Position numbers and translations under genes: made by a program. Positions 55,451-64,000 of a stretch of DNA of 64,000 nt are shown one piece after another. Under the pieces are notes generated by a model. That model saw only the letters and a program-made list of their open reading frames with translations, had not been told where the DNA came from and did no database searches. The DNA comes from a virus, in the IMG/VR virus record IMGVR_UViG_3300020383_000006, positions 81,505 through 145,504 of that record; one strand, written 5' to 3'. The number at the start of each line of letters is the position of its first letter. The first letter of the stretch is position 1.

Positions 55451-56176
55451 ATGTCTAAAAACAGTAGACTGAAGCGTGAAGCCAAGAAATATACTGATTG
55501 TGATATGAAGCCCTCCAACGTTGCCCAATTTGAACGTAAAAATAAACAACTCGAAGCTATAACTCCCCTCCAACAAGATTATATATCCGTCCTAAGGCAT
55601 GATGAAATGGTAGTAGGTGCTGGTCGTGCTGGTACGGGTAAAACTTACATATCATCAAGAGTTGCCGCTGAATTTTTCCGTGATCATAAATTTACTGAAC
55701 GTCTTATTCTAACCAGACCGAATGTTGAGGTTGGTAAAGGTATGGGTTATCTTCCCGGAGAGATTAGTGAAAAATACGCGCCATACTTAGAACCCTTTGA
55801 AAAAGGTCTTAAAGATGAATTGGGTGCTAATAAGTACAACAACGACCTTTATAAAAATATCATACCAACTCCGTTATGTTACATGAGAGGGAAAACATTT
55901 GATAACGCTATAATGTTATTAGATGAAGCGCAAAACACAACCATAGAAGAAATGAAGATGTTTTTGACTCGGGTTGGGACGAACTCAAAAATATTTATTA
56001 CAGGTGATGAATCTGACCAAAATGATTTACGGGTTAAAGAAAATGGGTTACAATGGTTAATTCGTGAAGCAAGACGTCAACATACCACCATTGAAATAAT
56101 TCAGTTTGGTATTAAAGACTGTGTTCGTTCACCGCTTTGTAAAGATATGTTACAGCTAATTGAAAGAGCTGAGTAA
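55451..56176 (+). CDS. phoH: PhoH-family ATPase
   Basis: GRAGTGKT, LTRPNVE, GYLPG, YMRGKTF, LLDEAQN, FLTRVG. Confidence 0.96.
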   Translation: MSKNSRLKREAKKYTDCDMKPSNVAQFERKNKQLEAITPLQQDYISVLRHDEMVVGAGRAGTGKTYISSRVAAEFFRDHKFTERLILTRPNVEVGKGMGYLPGEISEKYAPYLEPFEKGLKDELGANKYNNDLYKNIIPTPLCYMRGKTFDNAIMLLDEAQNTTIEEMKMFLTRVGTNSKIFITGDESDQNDLRVKENGLQWLIREARRQHTTIEIIQFGIKDCVRSPLCKDMLQLIERAE

Positions 56177-56181
56177 TTTAC

Positions 56182-56209
56182 TTTACTTTTTAGAAAAAAC
56201 CATTATAAT
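56182..56209 (+). promoter_or_regulatory. sigma70-like early promoter TTTACT-N16-TATAAT
   Basis: TTTACT at 56182-87, TATAAT at 56204-09, followed by the TGTTGAGTTA element shared with other promoters. Confidence 0.65.
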
Positions 56210-56211
56210 AT

Positions 56212-56241
56212 GGGTTGTTGAGTTAAATCATCAACCCTTTA
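56212..56241 (+). terminator. hairpin plus T-tract after phoH, overlapping the promoter start
   Basis: GGGTTG...CAACCC followed by TTTT. Confidence 0.5.
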
Positions 56242-56267
56242 TATTATGAGCCAGTGAGGAATTTATC

Positions 56268-56534
56268 ATGAAAACAGCTATCGAATCAATGGAATTTGGT
56301 CAAGAATACCGAGTTCGCCTTTCTCCAGAATTTACGCCTTCTAATTTAGCAATGTATTTGGCATTGACCGACCGATACGATAATAAAGAATTATCTATCG
56401 CTGATTTTACTTATATTGCTTCTATGTTATTTGAGGGTAAAGAAATTGTTGGGACTAAAACAAGCGATTTGATGTTTCGCCCTAACGATTGTAATTGTTT
56501 ATTCCCTCTTAAATTTTTACAGTTTACGGAATAA
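56268..56534 (+). CDS. hypothetical protein
   Basis: GAGGA RBS, downstream of a promoter. Confidence 0.7.
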   Translation: MKTAIESMEFGQEYRVRLSPEFTPSNLAMYLALTDRYDNKELSIADFTYIASMLFEGKEIVGTKTSDLMFRPNDCNCLFPLKFLQFTE

Positions 56535-56538
56535 TAAT

Positions 56539-57255
56539 TTGTTAAAGTTCAAAGAGTTTCAATGGCAAACTGATATCCAATTTGACGAGGTTGAGGTGAT
56601 TGAAGGTTCACCTCGACTTTACGTCACACCACATGGAAAATACCCTTCTATGACTTCATTACTTTCTGTCTTTGATGATGGAAGTATAGATGATTGGGTT
56701 AAACGGGTAGGCAAGGAAGAAGCCAAAAGAATTTCTGAAGAAGCCATTAACCGTGGAAACGCTCTTCACGATTATAATGAGAAATATTTACAGAATCGAT
56801 TGAAGCGCTCAGAGCTCCGAGGACAAGCCAAAATTTTGTTCAATAGGGTTAAGCGCCACCTTGATAAAATACAGCTTGTAATAGCCACTGAGGTGCCTTT
56901 ATGGTCTGATAAACATAAATACGCAGGTCGGGTTGACTGTATTTGTATGATAGATGACCAAATCACTATACTTGACCATAAGAATACCCGCAAAGATATT
57001 AATATAAACCTTCCTTGGAACAGAAAGAAACTTTTCAAGTACATGATTCAAATATGTGGGTATGCTAGAGCACTTCATGAAATGAAAGGTATTAAAGCAA
57101 CTCAGGGTTGTTTAATCATCGGTAATCATGAATCTTCAAGTTCTGATGTCGTCAAGTTCCAAATAGAATCAATGCAAAAAGAACTTGATATCGTTATCAA
57201 CGCTTACTTTAATGATGGGGAAGGTATTGAAGAATCCTTATATTTCAAAATGTAA
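56539..57255 (+). CDS. PD-(D/E)XK exonuclease
   Basis: RLYVTPHGKYPSMTSLL, RGNALH, E.PLWS...AGRVDCI, ILDHKN, Q..GYA. Confidence 0.9.
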   Translation: MLKFKEFQWQTDIQFDEVEVIEGSPRLYVTPHGKYPSMTSLLSVFDDGSIDDWVKRVGKEEAKRISEEAINRGNALHDYNEKYLQNRLKRSELRGQAKILFNRVKRHLDKIQLVIATEVPLWSDKHKYAGRVDCICMIDDQITILDHKNTRKDININLPWNRKKLFKYMIQICGYARALHEMKGIKATQGCLIIGNHESSSSDVVKFQIESMQKELDIVINAYFNDGEGIEESLYFKM

Positions 57256-57260
57256 TATCC

Positions 57261-57305
57261 TTATAACTAATCGTTATTATACTTTTTTCTTTATTCCGTT
57301 ATAAT
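57261..57305 (+). promoter_or_regulatory. box promoter 1: TTATAACTAATCGTTATTA-N20-TATAAT
   Basis: Box at 57261-57279, TATAAT at 57300-57305. Confidence 0.8.
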
Positions 57306-57351
57306 AGGGGCTGTTGAGTTAAACGAACTGTTAACTAAGGAAACCTATATT

Positions 57352-57732
57352 ATGAAAAACCGTGAAATTGCAAAAAGCATTGTTTATGGTCTAACTAAAA
57401 AATTCAAATTGTCTATTGATGATGAGTTTGAACGTGGAGGTTGTTTTCGTGTTCATGTTATGGAGCCTGAACCAGAAGTTAAATGTCATCATTTCCCTAC
57501 TCCAGAATTAACCCTTTCAATTTACGTTAACGATGATGACGGTTCTTATCTGGTAGAGTCATTCAATCACGTAACTGAAAAATTTATCGAGTTTTCATAT
57601 AGACCTGAAACTGAAGCTCATGTCTTAGAAGATTCCCTTCGGTTTCTAATAGAAACCGCTGAAGATTGTGAAAATATTGTTAAATTGGGGAAATTTAATG
57701 ACTATGAAACAAAAAGCTGCGAGGCATCGTAG
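57352..57732 (+). CDS. hypothetical protein
   Basis: AAGGA RBS, downstream of a promoter. Confidence 0.7.
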   Translation: MKNREIAKSIVYGLTKKFKLSIDDEFERGGCFRVHVMEPEPEVKCHHFPTPELTLSIYVNDDDGSYLVESFNHVTEKFIEFSYRPETEAHVLEDSLRFLIETAEDCENIVKLGKFNDYETKSCEAS

Positions 57733-57850
57733 AATCCAAAAGGCTTATAAAAGGTTCATGAAAAAGAAACAAAAAGAAATTCAGATGCGACGTCGTGATG
57801 CAGAAGAATTCTTATGGTTTAAAAATTTAGAAGAAAAAGGATATTTATAA
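57704..57850 (+). CDS. small basic hypothetical protein
   Basis: MKQKAARHRR...; coupled to the next gene; start uncertain. Confidence 0.5.
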   Translation: MKQKAARHRRIQKAYKRFMKKKQKEIQMRRRDAEEFLWFKNLEEKGYL

Positions 57851-58290
57851 TGAGTACAAGCACAATTTCAAATGAATTCAAGAAAAGCGTAAATGAAGCA
57901 ATCAAAAACCTTTATATTCAAGGCGAAAGCTCAGAATTAATAACACAAAGCGGTGATGCCCGTTGTGCTTATCGGGGTAAATCAGGGAATAAATGTATCG
58001 TCGGTTGGATGATCCCTGATGAAAAATACGATGAAAAATTAGATCTTTCTGCTGATTCAGGAGTTATTGATTTATTTCATAAAGATAGTGAACTAGATTC
58101 TAAAGATTATTTCGGTTTTGAATTGTCAGAGAAAGAATTGCAAATCCTTTTTCGATTACAAGGTATACACGACCAATTTTTTGGCGAAGATGTTTCAAAA
58201 GAAGTTTTTCGTAAACGGTTTTTAAATGCTTTAAATGAATACGTTAGTGATGAAGGCGGAGAATGGATTGTTTTGCCTGAAAGTAACTAA
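57850..58290 (+). CDS. conserved phage hypothetical protein
   Basis: CAYRG..GNKCIVG..IPDEKY...LQGIHD pattern. Confidence 0.7.
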   Translation: MSTSTISNEFKKSVNEAIKNLYIQGESSELITQSGDARCAYRGKSGNKCIVGWMIPDEKYDEKLDLSADSGVIDLFHKDSELDSKDYFGFELSEKELQILFRLQGIHDQFFGEDVSKEVFRKRFLNALNEYVSDEGGEWIVLPESN

Positions 58291-58353
58291 TCACGGTTAC
58301 TTTCTTAATAGTAACTGTATAGAGTAACTTTAACAAAAATAGGAATTTATATT

Positions 58354-58668
58354 ATGGGTATTTATGTGAATCCAACCAACGGTATGGAAAAAGAAGAATT
58401 CTTGGCTAAGTACGGTGAACAAACTACGTTCGATGAAGTTGTTAATACGCCACCTGATTATAAAACCAAGTTCCCAGTTGTATTAGTTAACAACGGCTTT
58501 TTTACTGCCGCTGCTGTTATTACTGACGGACTAGAATTAACTAATTTTTATAACCCGCACGATAATCGCCCGAAAATGATGTTCTTGGTTGACGCAAAAC
58601 CGTTATTAGAATTTGGTATTGGTGTCAGTTCTGAACTTGAACATTTCAAGGCATTTGTTGGAGAATAA
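58354..58668 (+). CDS. conserved phage hypothetical protein
   Basis: MGIYVNP..KEEFL, PVVLVNNGFFTAAAV; AGGA RBS. Confidence 0.75.
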   Translation: MGIYVNPTNGMEKEEFLAKYGEQTTFDEVVNTPPDYKTKFPVVLVNNGFFTAAAVITDGLELTNFYNPHDNRPKMMFLVDAKPLLEFGIGVSSELEHFKAFVGE

Positions 58669-58669
58669 T

Positions 58670-58873
58670 ATGTATATTCTAGTTTCATTAATTAATGGAA
58701 AAGAAACTTGTTATAAACACGGAACTATGGAATTGGCAATTCATTCCGGGCTTGACATTGTGGTTCAATTTTTAGAAAAACAATCTGAACTTGAGCGTCT
58801 TTATATTAAGAACTTAGAAGGTGAAATCGTATGGAGTCATTCATTTGATGAAGAACCTAAAGAGGTTTATTAA
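58670..58873 (+). CDS. hypothetical protein (start re-called)
   Basis: GGAG RBS before ATG 58670. Confidence 0.6.
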   Translation: MYILVSLINGKETCYKHGTMELAIHSGLDIVVQFLEKQSELERLYIKNLEGEIVWSHSFDEEPKEVY

Positions 58874-58875
58874 TC

Positions 58876-59139
58876 ATGGATTTATTAATTTCATTTGTTT
58901 TAGGATCTATGATATTTTTCTTTTTTTATACTGTAAATGAATATATTACAAGAAAGAAAAATAATGAAGAAAAAATCATTCGATTTCTTAAATCAAAAAG
59001 AAACGGTCAGTGTCGACAATATGAAGTTTTAATATCCATTGGGGGTATTTCTGACCAAGATTTTCAGGAAGCAATCAACCACCTTTACAAAAAAGGGTTG
59101 ATTAATTTAAAAACTGATTGGATAAGTTTAAGAAAATGA
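58876..59139 (+). CDS. membrane-anchored protein, possible winged-helix C-terminus
   Basis: N-terminal TM; FQEAINHLYKKGLI. Confidence 0.55.
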   Translation: MDLLISFVLGSMIFFFFYTVNEYITRKKNNEEKIIRFLKSKRNGQCRQYEVLISIGGISDQDFQEAINHLYKKGLINLKTDWISLRK

Positions 59140-59345
59140 AATTGAATATTATTCATATGTCATTCTCACCAACGTATAGGTTGCGATTATCTGATGGAAG
59201 ATATATCTACATGACATGGCATCGTTATTGTGGACCGGAATTTTTCCATGACAAAAATTGTATGTTAGTATATAGCAATTGGTGGGATGATGAACAAATT
59301 GTTGAAGCCTTAGAATGGTTTCAAAAACGCGGTTGTGTGGCTTAA
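59136..59345 (+). CDS. hypothetical protein
   Basis: WHRYCGPEF motif; ATGA coupling with the previous gene. Confidence 0.6.
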   Translation: MKLNIIHMSFSPTYRLRLSDGRYIYMTWHRYCGPEFFHDKNCMLVYSNWWDDEQIVEALEWFQKRGCVA

Positions 59346-59366
59346 ATTTTTAAAATAGGAATTACT

Positions 59367-59825
59367 ATGACTGTTATTTTATTTTTATTTGTATTGGTTT
59401 TATTTTTGTTTTCAATATTTTTAATATTGAACGCTGATGAAGGTGTTTTAGGGGCAGGGTTAATTATTTTTGCGGTAACATCTATTTTTGGATTTATTAT
59501 ACCTTATGTTTCGTTAAATTCAGATGTCCAAAAGGTCGCTCATGAAACTCAATACTTGGAAATTGAGAAAGAATACCTTAAATCACTTAACGCAAAATTT
59601 AATGATTTGCCTGAGTTTGACTCAGCTTTATTAAATGGTGATACTCCGGTTGCTTCTTTGGTTCAGAATATTCATGAAGCTGAAAATAATATTCGTGAAC
59701 GTCGCATTGAAATTTTAGACGCCAAGCGTTCTATTGAAGCCCGTAAAACAGGTATGACCGCCTACATTTTTTGGTTCTACAACGGTGATGAAGTATTAGA
59801 AGAGTTAGAAGGAAATAATCCATGA
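59367..59825 (+). CDS. membrane protein with two TM segments and a coiled coil
   Basis: Hydrophobic N-terminus; AGGA RBS. Confidence 0.7.
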   Translation: MTVILFLFVLVLFLFSIFLILNADEGVLGAGLIIFAVTSIFGFIIPYVSLNSDVQKVAHETQYLEIEKEYLKSLNAKFNDLPEFDSALLNGDTPVASLVQNIHEAENNIRERRIEILDAKRSIEARKTGMTAYIFWFYNGDEVLEELEGNNP

Positions 59826-59980
59826 AACGTTTATATGAAGCAATGGTTTTTCTAATTTTCTGTTTTTTGTTTAGCTTGGTTTATGCTGAGAATGTGAAAA
59901 CGTTTCATAGTGAAGTTATACTTATGATAATCCCTGTTGGTTTGATATTCTTAGCTATCACTAAGTCAGGTAAAGATTAA
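59822..59980 (+). CDS. small two-TM membrane protein (52 aa, below the track cutoff)
   Basis: Manual translation MKRLYEAMVFLIFCFLFSLVY...; ATGA coupling. Confidence 0.55.
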   Translation: MKRLYEAMVFLIFCFLFSLVYAENVKTFHSEVILMIIPVGLIFLAITKSGKD

Positions 59981-59993
59981 ATGCGAGAGAAAT

Positions 59994-60224
59994 ATGAAAG
60001 GTAAAGTTGAAAAGATTGTTTTAAAGATGCAATCAGGTACGATAAAAAATATTTACCATGATGCGGTCGATATTGCTAAATCTACGGATTGTAAACATGT
60101 CGAGTTCCCATTTAATGGAATCATTGTCGTAGTTAACCAGTGGCTTGAACGGGAATTGTCTAGTGAACAGTTTACAAAAATACAAGAAGTTATAGGTAAT
60201 GACGGGGAGTACGTTTACTTATGA
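59994..60224 (+). CDS. hypothetical protein
   Basis: Packed ORF. Confidence 0.6.
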   Translation: MKGKVEKIVLKMQSGTIKNIYHDAVDIAKSTDCKHVEFPFNGIIVVVNQWLERELSSEQFTKIQEVIGNDGEYVYL

Positions 60225-60541
60225 ATAATGAAAGTTTCGTTCCTGACAAAGAAGATATTACCAAAGTCAAAGGAATTGAGCGACAAGTTGTTTGTGCCGC
60301 TAACCTTTACCCTTGTGGAACAATCGTTTTAGGTGTAAGACATTTTTGTCCTTTAATGCGTCAGAATATTAAAGCATTAGGAATCAAACCGACTCAAATG
60401 GATATGATTCAAGGTTTTGTTGATCAATGGGGCAATTTCATGGATCGTGAAGAAGCGTTAGCGGTCGTTAAAGCCAATGGTCGGTTCATACGTGATACTG
60501 ATTTTCATCCAAGAGAATTATTTTCGGAGAATTGTTATTGA
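60221..60541 (+). CDS. conserved phage hypothetical protein
   Basis: VVCAAN...GVRH...QGFVDQWGNFMDREEA...LFSE pattern. Confidence 0.75.
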   Translation: MNNESFVPDKEDITKVKGIERQVVCAANLYPCGTIVLGVRHFCPLMRQNIKALGIKPTQMDMIQGFVDQWGNFMDREEALAVVKANGRFIRDTDFHPRELFSENCY

Positions 60542-60849
60542 GGTTTATTATGAGATGTAATATATGTTTAACTTATAACCCTCCACTGAAAAAATGTTGT
60601 ATGAATTGCGGTTCTTTTTTAGTGGGTCGTTGCCAAAACAATGTAACAGGTAAATGGGGTCATCGGTTATCAGACGGAACATTCATACCTGATAACCCTA
60701 GGGAAATAAGTCCGTCCGAATTTGAACAACAATACGAACAAAAATTTATGATGGATAAATTTAGAAAAGCATTAGAACGTGAAGACTCAAAAGTTTCTAT
60801 TGATTATGAAACAGGTAGTATATCTGTTACTTTCGATAAGGAAGGATAA
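60532..60849 (+). CDS. Cys-rich hypothetical protein (start possibly 60550)
   Basis: CNIC...CCMNC zinc-ribbon-like motif. Confidence 0.55.
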   Translation: MLLRFIMRCNICLTYNPPLKKCCMNCGSFLVGRCQNNVTGKWGHRLSDGTFIPDNPREISPSEFEQQYEQKFMMDKFRKALEREDSKVSIDYETGSISVTFDKEG

Positions 60850-61058
60850 TGGAAAATCGGGATGTTATTGTGAGTATTTTATGTAACCCCATTTTATCTA
60901 GTGAAATAATAGAAGAACTGGAAGAAAAGGTATATTATGACACACCTAATGATATGAGTACTAGAGGTAAGGATATAGAAAAACGCAAAAATAAAGTTAG
61001 AAATATACCTTGCCCTATTTGTGGGAGTGGTAAAAAATTTAAGAAGTGTTGTTGGTAG
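60849..61058 (+). CDS. SEC-C motif mini-protein
   Basis: C-terminal RNIPCPICGSGKKFKKCC. Confidence 0.8.
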   Translation: MENRDVIVSILCNPILSSEIIEELEEKVYYDTPNDMSTRGKDIEKRKNKVRNIPCPICGSGKKFKKCCW

Positions 61059-61073
61059 AATTTGGTTATATGT

Positions 61074-61118
61074 TTATAACTAATCGTTATTATGCTTTTG
61101 TGTGGAAGAACGTATAAT
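61074..61118 (+). promoter_or_regulatory. box promoter 2
   Basis: Box at 61074-61092, TATAAT at 61113-61118. Confidence 0.8.
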
Positions 61119-61167
61119 AGGTTATGTTGAGTTAGTTAATTAATATCATTTGGGAGGAATCTATAAC

Positions 61168-61596
61168 ATGAGTATGCCGAATTTAGTACCAGGACGCCAT
61201 ATGGTTGTGTTTGATGATGGTAGAAAAGGTTTAGTTTTAGAAAACGGAATTATGTACTTTGAAGGAACTAACCTTCATGAATTAAAGTCAACTGGCTGGA
61301 ATCTACCTAATCGTTGGGATAAGCACGGCGAACCCGTTGGTAGATATATTTCACACAGCATCATTGAAGTTTACGACATTCGAAGTAACCCAAATTTATT
61401 ATATTTTTATACTAAAGATGATGAATTTCCAACTAAAACTGGACAAATTAATGAAAACAAGTTAATTTGGGAATCAAAGAATCAACTACTCAGACAAGAA
61501 CTTGAAGACAAATCCAAAAAGTTAGAATTTTTTAAGGCTAAAATTAGCCAATTAGAATGCTACATCGAAGCAATTGAACAGGAACTTAATAAATGA
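61168..61596 (+). CDS. hypothetical protein (start re-called)
   Basis: GGAGG RBS before ATG 61168. Confidence 0.7.
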   Translation: MSMPNLVPGRHMVVFDDGRKGLVLENGIMYFEGTNLHELKSTGWNLPNRWDKHGEPVGRYISHSIIEVYDIRSNPNLLYFYTKDDEFPTKTGQINENKLIWESKNQLLRQELEDKSKKLEFFKAKISQLECYIEAIEQELNK

Positions 61597-61970
61597 GTAA
61601 TTTACAAAGTCTTAAAGGGCAAATTAATCAATGTGTTGCCTCATATAACAAATCATTTATGAGGCAGTATAAAGACAACCCTGACTTTGGTTGTTGTGGA
61701 TCGGCGGTCGTTCTTATAGGGTTCGGTCGTAAGAAAAAACTAAAGCAACTATTTGATGAAGCTGGAATGCTTGGTTCGGAATGGGAATATTGTGGAAAGA
61801 AAATGTATGTTCTGGAATATAATCGAAATGCGGGAGTGGCAGTTCCAACTCAATACATTGGATACTACGCTCATCGAGCAGAATTGGTTGTTGATGTTCT
61901 AAAGAACTGGTTTATTTCTAGTGCTTTAGATAATCCACCAGAAGTATATGCACATAGTTGGGTAGATTAA
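61593..61970 (+). CDS. hypothetical protein
   Basis: Coupled ORF; GCCG motif. Confidence 0.7.
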   Translation: MSNLQSLKGQINQCVASYNKSFMRQYKDNPDFGCCGSAVVLIGFGRKKKLKQLFDEAGMLGSEWEYCGKKMYVLEYNRNAGVAVPTQYIGYYAHRAELVVDVLKNWFISSALDNPPEVYAHSWVD

Positions 61971-61971
61971 T

Positions 61972-62460
61972 ATGGAATTGTTTAATTCAAATAGAAATAA
62001 AATTGGTGACGACTTTAATCCTTATTCAGATACTTTTAATGGTATGAGGGAGTTAATGCTTCCTCTAGAAGCTCCTCTAATACCCGATACGGATAATATG
62101 CCTTCTATCGGTAGAAGTATCAGTCAAGGTGAAATTAACTTGCTTAGGGAGCATTTAGGGATCCATTTAAAGGATGAAGGTCATAAAGACCACGACCAAT
62201 TAAGCGGTTGGATTAATTTATCTAAACCTGTAGACTCTCACATTGATGGGTACGGTCATTGTTTTTTGTATTGTGGAAAGGGTTCTGGTATCCTTTGGAA
62301 AGAACAACGCCCAGTTCATTTATCAGAAGGGTTTTATACAACGTTTAATGATAGCAAGAAACATGCTTTTGACGTGTTGTCTGAAAATTGTGTTTTACTT
62401 GTCGTTAATATAACGAAAGGCGTTTCCCCTGATAAGAAAGACGTCTTTTATGTAAAATAG
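61972..62460 (+). CDS. 2OG-Fe(II) oxygenase/cupin-like protein
   Basis: HID...FNDSKKHAF, an HxD...H facial-triad pattern. Confidence 0.55.
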   Translation: MELFNSNRNKIGDDFNPYSDTFNGMRELMLPLEAPLIPDTDNMPSIGRSISQGEINLLREHLGIHLKDEGHKDHDQLSGWINLSKPVDSHIDGYGHCFLYCGKGSGILWKEQRPVHLSEGFYTTFNDSKKHAFDVLSENCVLLVVNITKGVSPDKKDVFYVK

Positions 62461-62467
62461 GTTTATT

Positions 62468-62683
62468 ATGTTAATTGTTTTATTGTTTTTGTTATACACG
62501 TTCCTATACGCCACTGGTTTAATATACATGACTTTTAATATCTTTTCGCCAACCCTCGAAATTTTTGAAGATAGTAAACTTTGGTGGATATTTGTACATA
62601 TTGTGTACTTTACAGTTCTGTATTACCTAGTACAATTATTTTTTGTAAGTATTAAGTTTTCAAAAACGGTTATATCCTTATAA
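62468..62683 (+). CDS. small two-TM membrane protein
   Basis: Two hydrophobic stretches. Confidence 0.55.
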   Translation: MLIVLLFLLYTFLYATGLIYMTFNIFSPTLEIFEDSKLWWIFVHIVYFTVLYYLVQLFFVSIKFSKTVISL

Positions 62684-62722
62684 CTAATCGTTATTAGTAA
62701 TTTTCTTGATTCTTAGTATAAT
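62678..62722 (+). promoter_or_regulatory. box promoter 3
   Basis: Box at 62678-62696, TATAAT at 62717-62722. Confidence 0.8.
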
Positions 62723-62755
62723 GAACCCATATTCACGTTGAGAGGATTTTATATT

Positions 62756-63091
62756 ATGGATAAAGAAATTTTAGTTTTGGGTGACATTGTTTGTGATATT
62801 ACAGGCAAAGTGCAATTAATCAAGGCTCTTGATAAGAAAACAGGTGAATTACAATTTAGAGGGAACGGTATTAACATTTTCCGTTATCTTCATAAAGATG
62901 GTAACGCACCAAGGTTTTTGCGCTTTGTAGGTCATACTGTTATTTTTGGTTATAAAACCAAAATGTATACGCTTGCTGAAAATTGGAGCGCTGAACTTTA
63001 CGACCAATATAAAATGGTTGCACCTGACCCACATAATGACGCTTCAATTAATGACTATAAAGCAAACGAAATAATTCCGGGGATATTATAA
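62756..63091 (+). CDS. hypothetical protein (start re-called)
   Basis: GAGGA RBS before ATG 62756. Confidence 0.7.
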   Translation: MDKEILVLGDIVCDITGKVQLIKALDKKTGELQFRGNGINIFRYLHKDGNAPRFLRFVGHTVIFGYKTKMYTLAENWSAELYDQYKMVAPDPHNDASINDYKANEIIPGIL

Positions 63092-63234
63092 TGAATAATG
63101 GATGGATTAGTGGCAGACTACCGAGCAAAGAAGAAGCTGATTTCACAGGGCAGACTGCCAAGCACGGGAAAGTTACTTTCATTCTCAATGAAGAAAACTT
63201 TTCTCAAAAATCAGGCAACTATCATAGGAGTTGA
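63091..63234 (+). CDS. 47-aa ORF with a DUF551-like start (WISGRLP), possibly a remnant
   Basis: Manual translation MNNGWISGRLPSKEE...; TAATG coupling. Confidence 0.4.
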   Translation: MNNGWISGRLPSKEEADFTGQTAKHGKVTFILNEENFSQKSGNYHRS

Positions 63235-63238
63235 GAAA

Positions 63239-63655
63239 ATGAGTGATTTAGATATACAAGAAGTTATTGACATTCTTTCTGTTTTATCTGATAGAGGGAA
63301 GAGATTAGCAGAGAGCATTGCCCTTCTTTATCCCGCTTGTAAACACATGGGTTTAGATTATGCTTGCGCAGAGATAGACTTTGAATCAGATGAATATGAG
63401 TTTGGAGCGGAATTTTCTGAGCCTTGGTGCGACGGTAGTGACATGACAATGACCTTCGATATCGAGCATCTTCTTTCTGAAGAAGCGATGCAGGCTAAAA
63501 TACAAAACGTAAAAGATGAACTCGAAGAAAAAGAGCGTGAGAAACAAGAAAAAATTAAAGAGAAAAAGATTAAAGAGAAAAAGGAAATGGAAGCCTTAGA
63601 GAGACGTGAGTATGAAAGATTAAAAGAAAAGTTTGGAGGTTGTGATAATGAGTGA
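63239..63655 (+). CDS. hypothetical protein with a C-terminal coiled coil (start re-called)
   Basis: AGGAG RBS before ATG 63239; EYERLKEKF end. Confidence 0.65.
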   Translation: MSDLDIQEVIDILSVLSDRGKRLAESIALLYPACKHMGLDYACAEIDFESDEYEFGAEFSEPWCDGSDMTMTFDIEHLLSEEAMQAKIQNVKDELEEKEREKQEKIKEKKIKEKKEMEALERREYERLKEKFGGCDNE

Positions 63656-64000
63656 TTTACCAGAAAAACTAAGGAAGTGTGTAGATTATGCATATGAAAC
63701 TAGGCATCATGAAGCGGTTGAAGCATTGAATGATTCTGCCGACCGAATCGAGCAGTTGGAGCGGGAGAATAAGGGGCTTAAAGATTCAGTGACAATACAG
63801 AAACATGTATCTGAGGATTTAACTGAATACCGTGACAAACTAAAACAGGAACTTGACGAATTGGCGGGGCATGTTGAGAAGCTCAACAGTGCTTTTGCAA
63901 AATTTGAAAAGCGGCACGAAGAAATAGAATATGAAGACAATATTGGTGTGTTTTTTGAAAGTCAAGACTTTGACGACTTAACTGACGCATTTGTAAAGCC
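63648..64000 (+). CDS. coiled-coil hypothetical protein, truncated by the window edge
   Basis: GGAGG RBS; MSDLPEKLRKC...ADRIEQLERE is open to the end of the window. Confidence 0.65.
   Translation, partial: MSDLPEKLRKCVDYAYETRHHEAVEALNDSADRIEQLERENKGLKDSVTIQKHVSEDLTEYRDKLKQELDELAGHVEKLNSAFAKFEKRHEEIEYEDNIGVFFESQDFDDLTDAFVK

Noticed and set aside
56539-56570. LKFKEF start of the exonuclease looks like a tenth capsid-targeting leader
   Set aside because: TTG start, no (L/I/V)xE at position 8-10, early-promoter context and a conserved nuclease family; probably coincidence.
58283-58330. TAACTAATC plus GTAAC/GTTAC repeats as a fourth box promoter
   Set aside because: Only 9 bp match and there is no TATAAT at the fixed spacing; at most a degenerate relic.
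63707-63940. Minus-strand 77-aa ORF
   Set aside because: Antisense shadow of the plus-strand ORF starting at 63648.

Overview
This window is a 64-kb AT-rich segment of a T4-superfamily myophage genome, probably aquatic or marine. Positions 1-51157 (minus strand) hold the late virion module. Read from right to left it contains gp4, gp48, gp53, gp27, gp5, gp25, gp6 and a short gp7, then a ~22-kb block of fibre and LamG genes, then gp8, a VrlC/DUF4815 protein, an M15 endolysin, gp13-gp23, and a truncated Hef-like homing endonuclease that the ORF track missed. T4-type late promoters (TATAAATA/AATAAATA) precede most late genes. A palindrome-dense intergenic region marks the strand switch. The plus strand then carries dCMP deaminase, an FmdB zinc ribbon, phoH, an exonuclease and many small early-type ORFs. 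Three observations stand out. (1) Nine unrelated small proteins in two clusters share an N-terminal MK(T/S)F(K/Q)EFLNE-type leader like the T4 capsid-targeting sequence, suggesting an expanded set of packaged, injected effectors. One has ADP-ribosyltransferase motifs and one sits in a direct-repeat-flanked cassette. (2) The fibre block has terminal motifs suggesting a daisy-chained, double-hinged tail fibre with LamG-decorated gp35-like knees. (3) Three promoters share an identical 19-bp palindromic box exactly 20 bp upstream of TATAAT, with no canonical -35. All family assignments come from motif recognition, synteny and recalled sequences; no database searches were run.
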